From Azolla caroliniana (lineage: Eukaryota; Plantae; Polypodiophyta): DNA of 64,000 nt. Numbering within the stretch: the first letter of the stretch is position 1; every line of letters starts with the position of its first letter. Location of the stretch: contig JBHGNT010000018.1 of assembly GCA_043228905.1 (NCBI GenBank), positions 7,688,001 through 7,752,000 on the forward strand, written 5' to 3'. A program made the translations under genes and the position numbers. Below are positions 12,195 through 22,210 of the stretch, piece after piece. Below the pieces are notes generated by a model. That model searched no databases and was not told where the DNA came from. It was given only the letters and a program-made list of their open reading frames with translations.

Positions 12195-15100
12195 AAAACG
12201 ACACAGAAAATGGATGAATCGTTTGGCGGCATGTTCAAGCTCACCGGCTCCAACTACTTAGTGTGGAAGTCGAAGATGAGGGACATGCTCGTGGTTAAGG
12301 ACCTCTGGCTGCCGGTTCAGTTCGGGGACAAGAGACCGGACAAAATCGACACCGCGATATGGGTGGTGATGCACATGAAGACAACGGCGTACATACGGTG
12401 CTTCATCGACATGAGCCTGTACAACAACTTCAATGAAGAGAGCAAGGCTCATGAGCTCTGGGAGAAGATCAACATAATGTTTCAAAACAAAAATGTTGTT
12501 AACCAGGTTTCCGTATTTCGGAAGCTAGTAAGACTCTGGTACCAAGATGGCTCCAGCATGGCGGAGCATATGAATGCCTTCCAGGGGCTGATACACCAAG
12601 CAACGTCATTGGAAGTACCTCTCGCCGATGAGGTACTAGCGCTGCTCCTGCTCGGTTCCCTCCCGGATAGCTGGGAGACGTTGGTTGTCACTTTGGGCAA
12701 CGCCGGGCCGGAAGGAAAGCGGTTATCCCTAGCAAGAGTAAAGTCGAGCTTGCTAGATGAGGAGGCGCGTCGGAAAGATAAGGATACGAGCTCCGACTCC
12801 AAAGCGCTCATTACCGAATCGGAACGCGGAAGACATAGAAACCGTAGTCCCCAGAACCGGGAGAAGTCGGGGACATGGTCAAAGTCAAGGGGGAGGCCTA
12901 CTTGCTTCTATTGCGGCAAGCCGGGACACTTCCAGAAGAACTATCGGCATTTCCGAAAAGATAAGGAGACCGACGGTACCGATTCGAAGCGGACCCCGGA
13001 CCGGAACGGTAAAGACCGGAGGGGGCCGGACCGGAAGGGGACGACGGCAATCACGGCAAGTGAAGAAGAGTTGATGCTCATCACCGAGGAGAGTGAGATA
13101 AACCTTGCCGGCAACGAGATGACCTAGGTGGTAGACTCTGGAGCGTCGTTCCACCTTACCCCGGACCGGAAATGCTTCTCATCCTACTCAGCCGGTGATC
13201 AGGGCTGTGTCCGGATGGGGAATGAAGGGACATGCCGAATTGTCGGCATGGGAGACGTGTGGCTGTCGACACCAACCGGATGCAAGTTGTTGCTGAAGGA
13301 TGTCCGACACGTTCCGAAGGTTCTTCTGAACCTGATATCAGTCAGTCGGCTAGATGATGAAGGCTACACGGGTAGCATCCGGAACGGTGTCATGAAATTC
13401 AGCAAAGGAAGCCTGATTGTGGCTCGGGCCCGGAAGGTAAACACACTATACTTGATGAATGCCCGGTTATGTCCGGAAGAAGTGAACGTGGCTTCCGACA
13501 CCGCCGGTGAGCTGTGGCACAAGAGGCTGTGTCATATGAGCGAGAAGGGGATGAAGAGGCTTGCAGACGACAACCTCATTCCAGTGAAGAACGTGCACTT
13601 ACAGAAGTGCATTGATTCTCTGGCCGGTAAGCAAAACCGGACCTCCTTCCGACCAAGGCCACCAATGAGACGTAATGCACCACTAGAGTTGGTGCATACG
13701 GATGTGTGTCAAGTAGACACGAAGTCACATGCCGGAGCGCAGTACTTCATGACGTTCATAGATGACCACAGCCGGAAGCTGTGGGCCACACCGTTGAAGA
13801 CGAAGGATCAGGTGCTATCCGTCCTCAAAGAGCTCCACGCGAGAGTGGAAAGAGAAACCGGTTGGAAGCTGAAGGCGGTTCGAACAGATAACAGAGGAGA
13901 ATACAGGGGGCAGTTCGAGGAGTACTGCCGCTCGAAGGGAATCCGGCTCGAATTTACCGTGCCGAAGACGCCAGAACTAAACGGACTGGCCGAGAGGATG
14001 AACCGGACCATAATGGAGAGGGTCCGGAGTATGCTAGCGCATGCAAAACTACCCAAGAAGTTTTGGGCTGAGGCACTGTCGACAACGACATATGTGATAA
14101 ATAGATCACCCTCAGTACCCTTGGACAGAGACACGCCACAGAGAGTGTGGACCGGTAAGGAAGTATCCTACCGGCATCTGAAGGTGTTCGGGTGTCTCGC
14201 GTACGTGCATGTAGCTAAGGACCGGAGAGGTAAGTTAGATCCAAAGACCCGGCCATGCATATTCCTCGGTTACGGTGACGATGAGTTCGGCTACCGAGTG
14301 TGGGACCCAGTCGACAAGAAGGTATTCCGGAGTCAAGTTATTATCTTCATGGAGGACAAGACGCTCGCCGACTGGGAGTCGGAGAAGAAGATAATAAACT
14401 CTGAGTCGACCGATAAGGATAGACTCTACGATGAGCAGACCCAACCGGCAAGAGACCGGTTAGCACTCGAGGAACCAGCCGGTTACGGTGAGGATACCAA
14501 ACCGGCAGAAGAAGAAGTAGAGGAAGCTGAGACCGGAACCGGCCAAGACCCCGAATCGGATTCGGATGAAGAGTGAATGGAGGAGCCAGTTACCGAAGCC
14601 CGAAGACGTAGATATCCTCTGAGAGAGAGAAGGCCCCCCAGAGATTTCCGGATGCAGAGCATATTCTGCTGACCGATGAGGGGGAGCGGGAAAGCTTCGA
14701 AGAAGCGAAGGATAACACCCACAGCCAAAAATGGTTGAGTGCCATGCAGGACGAGATGGATTCCCTGCATGAGAACCATACGTACAAATTGGTGGAGTTG
14801 CCGAAAGGAAAGCGAGCACTTCGAAACAAGTGGGTCTACAAGTTGAAACCGGGAGATGCCGGGAACCCCCCGAGATACAAAGCCAAGATCGTGGTGAAGG
14901 GGTTCCAGCAGAAGAAGGGCGTGGACTTCAACGAGATATTTGCCCCGGTAGTAAAGATGACCTCCATCCGGACGGTGCTGAGTATAGCAGCAAGCATGGA
15001 CCTCGAGGTAGAGCAGCTGGACGTGAAGACGGCATTCCTTCACGGCGACCTCGAAGAGGAGATCTACATGTAGCAACCGGAAGGTTTCGTGGAGAAAGGG

Positions 15101-17509
15101 AAGGAGCACCTGGTATGCCGGTTGAAGAAGAGCTTGTACGGATTGAAGCAGGCTCCCTGACAATGGTACCGGAAGTTCGACTCCTTCATGACCGATCAAG
15201 GGTACCACAAGACGCAGGCCGATCACTGCGTGTTTGTGAAGAAGTTTGAAGGAGGAGACTTCCTGATACTCCTTCTGTACGTGGATGACATGTTGATCGT
15301 CGGACGGGACCAAGTCAAAATACGGATGCTGAAGAAGGCTCTCAACCGGACCTTCTCAATGAAAGACTTGGGTCCGGCAAGACAGATGTTGGGGATGCAC
15401 ATCATCCGGAACTGGTCAGCGAAGCAATTATGGCTGTCACAGGAGAAGTATGTGACAAAGGTGCTTCACCAGTTCAACATGTTAGAAGCGAAACCGGTCG
15501 GATCGACATTTCCGGCAAACTGCAGGCTATCCGGCAAGCAAAGCCCGAAGACGAAAGCAGAGAAGGCAGATATGATGAAGATTCCATATGCCTCTGCCGT
15601 CGGGAGCTTGATGTACGCAATGGTTTGTACTCGACCGGATATAGGATACGCAGTCGGAGTGGTGAGTTGGTTCATGAGCAATCCCGGCAAGGAGCACTGG
15701 AACGCCGTCAGATGCCGGTAGGATACTTCCTTAGCTACATGCACGTACGCGAGATGTCACTGTCCCACTCGCGTCTTTGTGTCGAAGGGCCATGTCCCTG
15801 TGAATCTACGCTCGCACGTAGTGGGTCTCTTGTCCCTTCTCTCTTGCTCTTCGGTACAGGACCCCTGAGGTCCCGCCTCATTCCACGCATCCGCGAGGAA
15901 AACCTCGACACCGGGCTTGTCGCTAACTCAAGACTCGAGCATTTTGGAAACAAGTCAGGTTCTTATGATCATTGTAGACAATGATCTACTGAGACGAACC
16001 TTCTAGAAAATGTCGCCATTGTGGAAACGAATCCACAATTGCAAGAAGCTCTTTGTCATGGATCTCATAGTTGATCTCTGCAACTTCAAACTTTCGTGAA
16101 TGAAAGGTGACACGGTGTAGTTGTCCATCATCTCCAGTCTATGAGAGATCACTCCCTAGTGTAAAATCGGATGCATCGGCTTCGAGGATGAAGCGTTTTC
16201 TTGGTTCGACATGTGCTAAGATAGGTGCCATTGTAAATGCTCGTTTTAAGCTTTCGAATGCCTCGGATGCATCTGAACTCCATATAAATGGCTGATCTTT
16301 ATGTGTGAGTTGAGTAAGCGGAAGCCCAACCTTGGAATAATCTTTAATAAATTTTCGATAAAAATTTACGAACCTGAGAAAACATTGCACATCACGTACT
16401 GAAAGGGGCATTTGCCACTCTAAAATTGCTTGTACCTTCATGGGTTCCATAGCAATACCAACTAATGATACAACATACCCCAAAAATTCCACTTGATTCT
16501 GGCTGAAACTACACTTTTCTAATTTTGCGTTGCGTAAAATGCGACGGGGATACGTGAACGTTGAGGCAAGACCCCGGGGCCTTTGTCTAGAGGATATCAA
16601 ATTCGTGTATTTATATACTAAGAATTAACCGAAATGAGAAAGATTAACAAATTTCATTAATAAAAGGGAACGAAAGATTACAATCAATCCCAAGATTGGG
16701 ATTATAAAAGTTTTATCTTATGGAGATGATTAGAATAATAGATTAGAGGAAATAAGACATTATGATTCTTGAGTGATATGGCTTTGACAAGGAATTTTGG
16801 ATTTTGAGAGATTGCTTCCGTATGGAGATTATGGTTTACTTGAGAGATAGCTTCCGTAGGGAAGATTAGGGTTATTGGCTTCGATAAGATAAGAGAGCTC
16901 TCCCAATTGAAAAGAAAAAAAATTTGATAATATGGAGAGTGAGCTCTAGTGTAGGAAAAAAAAATGGAATAAATATGGAGTTCTCTCTTTATCATAGCCT
17001 TTTCAATTTTTGTTGCATGGCCTCTACTTTTAGTTGCCTAGCTTTTTCTTTTGGTTGCATGTGACTGTCCACATGACCTTTACTTTTTCCATGCACTCCC
17101 TTCTTTAGTTGCTTGCGTCCACATGGCCTTTACTTTAGTTCTCTTCACTTTACTTTAGTTTGTTGCATGATCCAATCTTTCATCCGTCCGCGTCCAACAT
17201 CGTCCGGTAGCCGGTTCCATTTTGCTTGCCTGTCGGTTCCGGTACCGATTTTGCTTGCCGGCCGGTTCCATTTTGCTTGCCGGCCGGTTCTCATAACTTG
17301 ATATGTATTTCTCCATTTTGTATATAGTAAAATACATTTTGAAGCTCTTGAGTATATCCATCTTTCTACAGTAAGCTACTAATCTAATCTATAATAATTA
17401 TTTCATTATTTTTTTACATAGTGTGTGAAGATTCACATGACATTCGCCCCCACCAAACGTGCACATCCACCGGTATGTGCCAATTTTGGTGAGGATTCAT
17501 TTTTGTTTA

Positions 17510-18763
17510 CTATACTTTTTCATCAATGTTTAAGACTGAATCGTCAAAAGCTTCGAATCCAATTTCTATTCTATCTCTTCTCTTGAAGATCTTGATTCTT
17601 TTACCGGCAATTGGCAAGGCAAGTGGTGTACCATCCAATTCTACTAAATGATATGTTGCATTATCTTCCACTTTCTTCACCACATATGGCCCAAACCATC
17701 GTTGTGAGAATTTTCGAGCCGTACTATGTTGGTTATCTAGGCTACTGTCATAGACTAGCACCCAATCTCCTTCAACGATTTTCCTCGGCCGAAGTCGATG
17801 TCGTTTATCGAAGTCTTTCTTGTTCTTTAGCCTTGCATTCTTTAGCCACGCTTTAGCCACCTCTACATCTTCCAAATTTCGCTCTAATTGTCGAATCCTC
17901 AATGCTAGAAGATCTTCTCTACTTATCTCATCTTGCCATGGCAATGCAAACCATGAAATAATACTTTGTTCTACCGGCCTCACCTTCTCCTTTAAGAGCT
18001 CGATCAACTTCGGTAGGTGTGCTCTCGGAACCAGTATCGGTTTCAAATTCCAAGGCACATGCGGCACTGTGAAGATCACCATCGGTTCTACCGTCCTTGG
18101 ATTAGCACACCCGATTTCTTGTGGAAAAAACGCAAAAGCCTTCCCATGTCTTTCAAGCATTCCACGAAACATCCGCTCCTCTTCAGGGAGGAGGAAATCC
18201 TCCCTTCCAAGTTGTAGCTTTCCCTTCGTCTCTTCAGTGAAGACATGACCAATTGTATTTGGGTTCCTTAAGCTCGGATCTTTTGCAACTTCCTTCATCT
18301 TTTGCCAGCTATCTTCCGGTAGCCGAACTGCAACTGGCTTGATCTTCCTATCCACGGTTTTATATTTTGTGTTGACTTCGACTTCCTCTATCAAGATGCC
18401 TCGATGATATTCATCGATGATAGTATACATGTTGACGGAGTTAACCGAAATCACATGTTGATGGTGAGGATAGCTGAAATCCACGACTTCCTCGATTTCG
18501 CCGATGGTGTCGTTAAATGAGGCTTCCTCCAGAATATATGACACAAATTCTTCTTCTTCGATTATGCTTTCTTCTTTCAGCACCTCCTCGAAGTCTTGTA
18601 TCTGACACTTTTCCTTCTTGTTGAGTAGTCTAAGTTTGCATGCGCCGCCAGGTGTGACGCATGTTGCTTCTCCTTGCAATCCACGCACTTTGCTTCCTTG
18701 TGGGGACTTATGATTGCTCGGACTATTTGTGCCCCATGCATCAATAGTTCGCTTTAAAAATCC
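17510..18763 (-). CDS. G2 -1-frame ORF: Pol N-terminal linker fused in frame to the integrase C-terminus (GPY/F)
   Basis: Open from the slippery site (GFLKRTIDAWG...) into ORF 17510-18688. Deletion junction KEKVR/PVEQS at ~17975. Confidence 0.75.
   Translation of the reverse strand, partial: GFLKRTIDAWGTNSPSNHKSPQGSKVRGLQGEATCVTPGGACKLRLLNKKEKCQIQDFEEVLKEESIIEEEEFVSYILEEASFNDTIGEIEEVVDFSYPHHQHVISVNSVNMYTIIDEYHRGILIEEVEVNTKYKTVDRKIKPVAVRLPEDSWQKMKEVAKDPSLRNPNTIGHVFTEETKGKLQLGREDFLLPEEERMFRGMLERHGKAFAFFPQEIGCANPRTVEPMVIFTVPHVPWNLKPILVPRAHLPKLIELLKEKVRPVEQSIISWFALPWQDEISREDLLALRIRQLERNLEDVEVAKAWLKNARLKNKKDFDKRHRLRPRKIVEGDWVLVYDSSLDNQHSTARKFSQRWFGPYVVKKVEDNATYHLVELDGTPLALPIAGKRIKIFKRRDRIEIGFEAFDDSVLNIDEKV
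18700..18763 (-). promoter_or_regulatory. Putative -1 frameshift signal + pseudoknot, G2
   Basis: GGATTTT TAAAGC GAACTATT GATGC ATGGGG CACA AATAGTCC (14 nt) CCCCAC. Confidence 0.78.
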
Positions 18764-20935
18764 AAGGATTCGCCTCCAAGGCTATCTCGGTTCCTTTCAT
18801 GATTAGCTCGCACCGTCAGGAATTGAACGGATCTTTTACTATCAAGACTCTTGACGCGCGCGAAGGCTGCTCCATTATCGAACACCTTGGTCTCCATCCG
18901 GGACGATGTTATATATGGTTGTCCTAGGATGACGGGATGTGAAGCTGAGTCTTGCACGAAGAAGTGTTGATCAATCTCTACATCCCCGATCGTGACTTTA
19001 ACGTTGGGGCAAGCTCCGTACAAGTCCTCCGTAGCCTTCGTCGCCGCTCGAATCTTCCATCCGTGGTTTGTATTAATCGGCCATCTTCCTTTCTTGTAGA
19101 ACTCGGTCGACATGAGGTTGATCTCAGAGCCATGGTCAATCAAAGCGACCACGGTCTCTTTCTTCTCTCCGATCTTCACCGGTGTCTCCGTTGTCGCTCT
19201 TGCCCAATGAGGCCGCGAGTAATGGCTATCCGCCACCACTTCTTCTTCCTCCTCCTCTTCCGATCTTGCCATGGTTATGGCACTTGTTTTCACCTCCTCT
19301 TCATTAGATTGTTGCCACTTCCTCTTAATAAGGTCCACAATAGTATCATGGAACTCCTTCTTTGCGATCCCAAGTAGCTCTCTCAAGGTAAGGTCGACAT
19401 GACTATCTAAAACCTTCTCCTCAAGGACCTTCCGCAAGTTAGTTGTTTGTTCTATGTCCGACCTTAGCTTGTAAGTCGGTGCCGCTCGTTCTTTTCCTTT
19501 CTTCGTTGATTCTTCGACTTCCATCCGAGCAGGTTGGCTCGATCCACCGGGCTTCATGTTTGTTTCACCAATCTCTTTTCTTGGGATAGGTTGGGGTGGC
19601 CCTTCTTTCCCTCTGTTCCTCGTGTTAGGTCGCTTTGATGTGACATCTTCTTCACCGGTTCCCTTCCTCTTCTCTTCGACAAGGGCTTCATAGGTGTCAC
19701 ACACAACCTCCGCAAAGCTTGTGTTTTCGTCGATTGGATCTGACCATCCGGTTGCTCGTCGCACGTTTCGGTCAGCAAGTTTTAGATCCTCCGAATTGAT
19801 TTTGCCTTTTTCTTTGCACTCAAAGACCGTTGGCCAAAACCCAGCTCCTGGCTTGGTCATTTTAAGATTCTCTTTTCCAACTCGTATCCGAACTGAAGCG
19901 GCATAGTGCATAGCCTCCACATGCCTTGCATCTTCTTCTTCTACAATCTTTTTCAGCCCACCTCTTCCGAAGTTCACTCGTAGTGGCTTCCGGGTCTCGC
20001 TCGAGTGAATCATGTTGCCGTCCAAATAGACGACATTCTTGTGGATCGCATCTTGCAAGTCAGCACATTCCCTTCGTGAGTGTTCAAAGCTATCACACCA
20101 CACACATCTATACGCTTCTTTTCCCTTGGGCCCGCGTCGACCTAAGTTGGCTAGCGATACCGCTTCAAACTTCTTGGAGAGCTCTTCGATTATAGACTCC
20201 TCCATTGCTTTCTTGTCGAAATTGTTGATCGGCTTACTAGGCTCAATCGTCGTAGGTGCCTTCTTCCACAATTGTGGCTTCTCGACCTCAGCTTCCTCTT
20301 GCCATTATCGCCGCTTATCAAAACGGCTGCAAGCCTTCTTCACTGCCGCCCAATCCGCTACCAAACCATTTGGTTGTGTTTCATCCTCAAAGAAACTACC
20401 CAATTCTCGCCGATCTTTCGCATCCATTGCCTTTAGGAATAGCAAAACTTTATCTCCGTCGAGAACTCGTTGCTCGACACTCGGAAGTCGGTTGTACTTC
20501 TGGTTGAATTCGGCATAAATTCCCGATGCACATAGATTCTTCCCTTTCTTCTCGATCCAATTCATTAACGTATGCCGAGTCATCCGCGATGCATCTTTAA
20601 GCATGTATTCAGTGAGAAGAGCCCTTTCGAACTCCGCCCAAGTTGCATGCTCGTTTTGGATCTCCATCACGCGCTCACAGATACCGGGTTCTACCACACG
20701 CTTAAAGCTTGAAATTTGTTTTGGATCATGGACATCTCTTTGTTGCATCTCATTCCGGTAGGTAGCAAGGAAATTTGTGATGTTCTTCCCACCGAATCTT
20801 CCAACTGTCTCCACAGTTCGGTCAACAACTTTGTCGACTAAAGCCTCCCGATCTCTCTCTTTCAGCATGAATTCGACGACGGACACCATGCCTTTCGTCA
20901 ATTCTTCTCCTTGAGTTCCACATGTCGAAGCCATC
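18754..20935 (-). pseudogene. G2 Gag-CCHC-aspartic protease ORF (one internal stop)
   Basis: ORFs 20305-21060 and 18754-20271 are in the same frame. CVWCDSFEHSRREC knuckle; LIDHGSEINLM. Confidence 0.88.
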
Positions 20936-20965
20936 TTCGTACTTGATTTCCTCCTACTGCCTCGT

Positions 20966-20983
20966 TTCACGTCGGGTTCACCA
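20966..20983 (-). promoter_or_regulatory. PBS complementary to tRNA-Trp (G2)
   Basis: TGGTGAACCCGACGTGAA is the complement of the plant tRNA-Trp 3' end ...UUCACGUCGGGUUCACCA (recalled). 4 nt from the LTR. Confidence 0.85.
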
Positions 20984-21664
20984 AAGATGTCGCGTAAAAT
21001 GCGACGGGGATACGTGAACGTTGAGGCAAGACCCCGGGGCCTTTGTCTAGAGGATATCAAATTCGTGTATTTATATACTAAGAATTAACCGAAATGAGAA
21101 AGATTAACAAATTTCATTAATAAAAGGGAAAGAAAGATTACAATCAATCCCAAGATTGGGATTACAAAAGTTTTATCTTATGGAGATGATTAGAATAATA
21201 GATTAGAGGAAATAAGACATTATGATTCTTGAGTGATATGGCTTTGACAAGGAATTTTGGATTTTGAGAGATTGCTTCCGTATGGAGATTATGGTTTACT
21301 TGAGAGATAGCTTCCGTAGGGAAGATTAGGGTTATTGGCTTCGATAATTTAAGAGAGCTCTCCCAAACGAAAAGAAAAAAAATTTGATAATATGGAGAGT
21401 GAGCTCCAGTGTAGGAAAAAAAAATGGAATAAATACGGAGTTCTCTCTTTATCATAGCCTTTTCAATTTTTGTTGCATGGCCTCTACTTTTAGTTGCCTA
21501 GCTTTTTCTTTTGGTTGCATGTGACTGTCCACATGACCTTTACTTTTTCCATGCACTCCCTTCTTTAGTTGCTTGCGTCCACATGGCCTTTACTTTAGTT
21601 CTCTTCACTTTACTTTAGTTTGTTGCATGATCCAATATTTCATCCGTCCGCGTCCAACATCGTC

Positions 21665-22210
21665 CGGTAGCCGGTTCCATTTTGCTTGCCGGTCGGTTCC
21701 GGTACCGATTTGCTTGCCGGCCGGTTCCGGTTCTGGTTTTGCTTGCCGGCCGGTTCCGGTTTGCTTGCCGGTTCCGGTTCCGGTTTTGCTTGCCAGCCGG
21801 TTCTAGTTTTGCTTACCGGTCGGTTTCCGGTTTGCTTGCCGGTTCCGGTTCCGGTTCCGGTTTGCTTGCTGGTTCCGGTTCCGGTTTTGCTTGCCGACCA
21901 GTTCCGGTTTTGCTTACCGGCCAGTTTCCAGTTTTGCTTGCCGGCCGGTTTCCGGTTTGCATACCCGTTCCGGTTCCGGTTTGCTTGTCGGCCGGTTCCG
22001 ATTTTGCTTACCGGCCGGTTTCCGGATTGCTTACCAGCCAGTTTGCATACCCGTTCCAGTTCCGGTTTTGCATACCGGCCCGTTTCCGGATTGCATACTG
22101 GCCCGTTTCCAGATTGCATATCGGCCTATTTCCGGATTTGCTTACTAGCCCATTTCCGGATTTGCTTACTGGCCCGTTTCCGGATTTGCTTACCGGCCGG
22201 TTTCCGGTTT
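21665..22210. repeat. CCGG-rich minisatellite (ccggtt / tttgctt units) in the G2 5' LTR
   Basis: Obvious tandem units; only ~85 bp are present in the 3' LTR (17205-17290). Confidence 0.9.

Larger units (their letters stand above)
11277..15710 (+). mobile_element. Ty1/copia A1 (Tnt1-like), 3'-truncated
   Basis: gag 12210-13127 with CFYCGKPGH, PR VVDSGAS, GAG-pre-integrase WHKRLCH, IN, RT YVDD. Confidence 0.92.

Noticed and set aside
13125-13127. TAG between gag and pol of copia A1 as programmed readthrough
   Set aside because: It falls on the conserved Trp of (T)WVVDSGAS, and siblings A2 and A4 have TGG. It is a decay mutation.
14483-15313. Long antisense ORFs over pol (also 8814-9509, 41078-41632)
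   Set aside because: Shadow frames of GC-rich coding sequence with no recognisable domains.
15755-15910. Intact mini-element (TGTC...GACA)
   Set aside because: No TSD, PBS or PPT; probably an LTR scrap at a deletion junction.
20305-21060. Gag start inside the LTR (MISSRQRP...)
   Set aside because: The ORF caller extended from a non-ATG codon through U5 and the PBS. The likely start is the ATG of MASTCG at ~20935.
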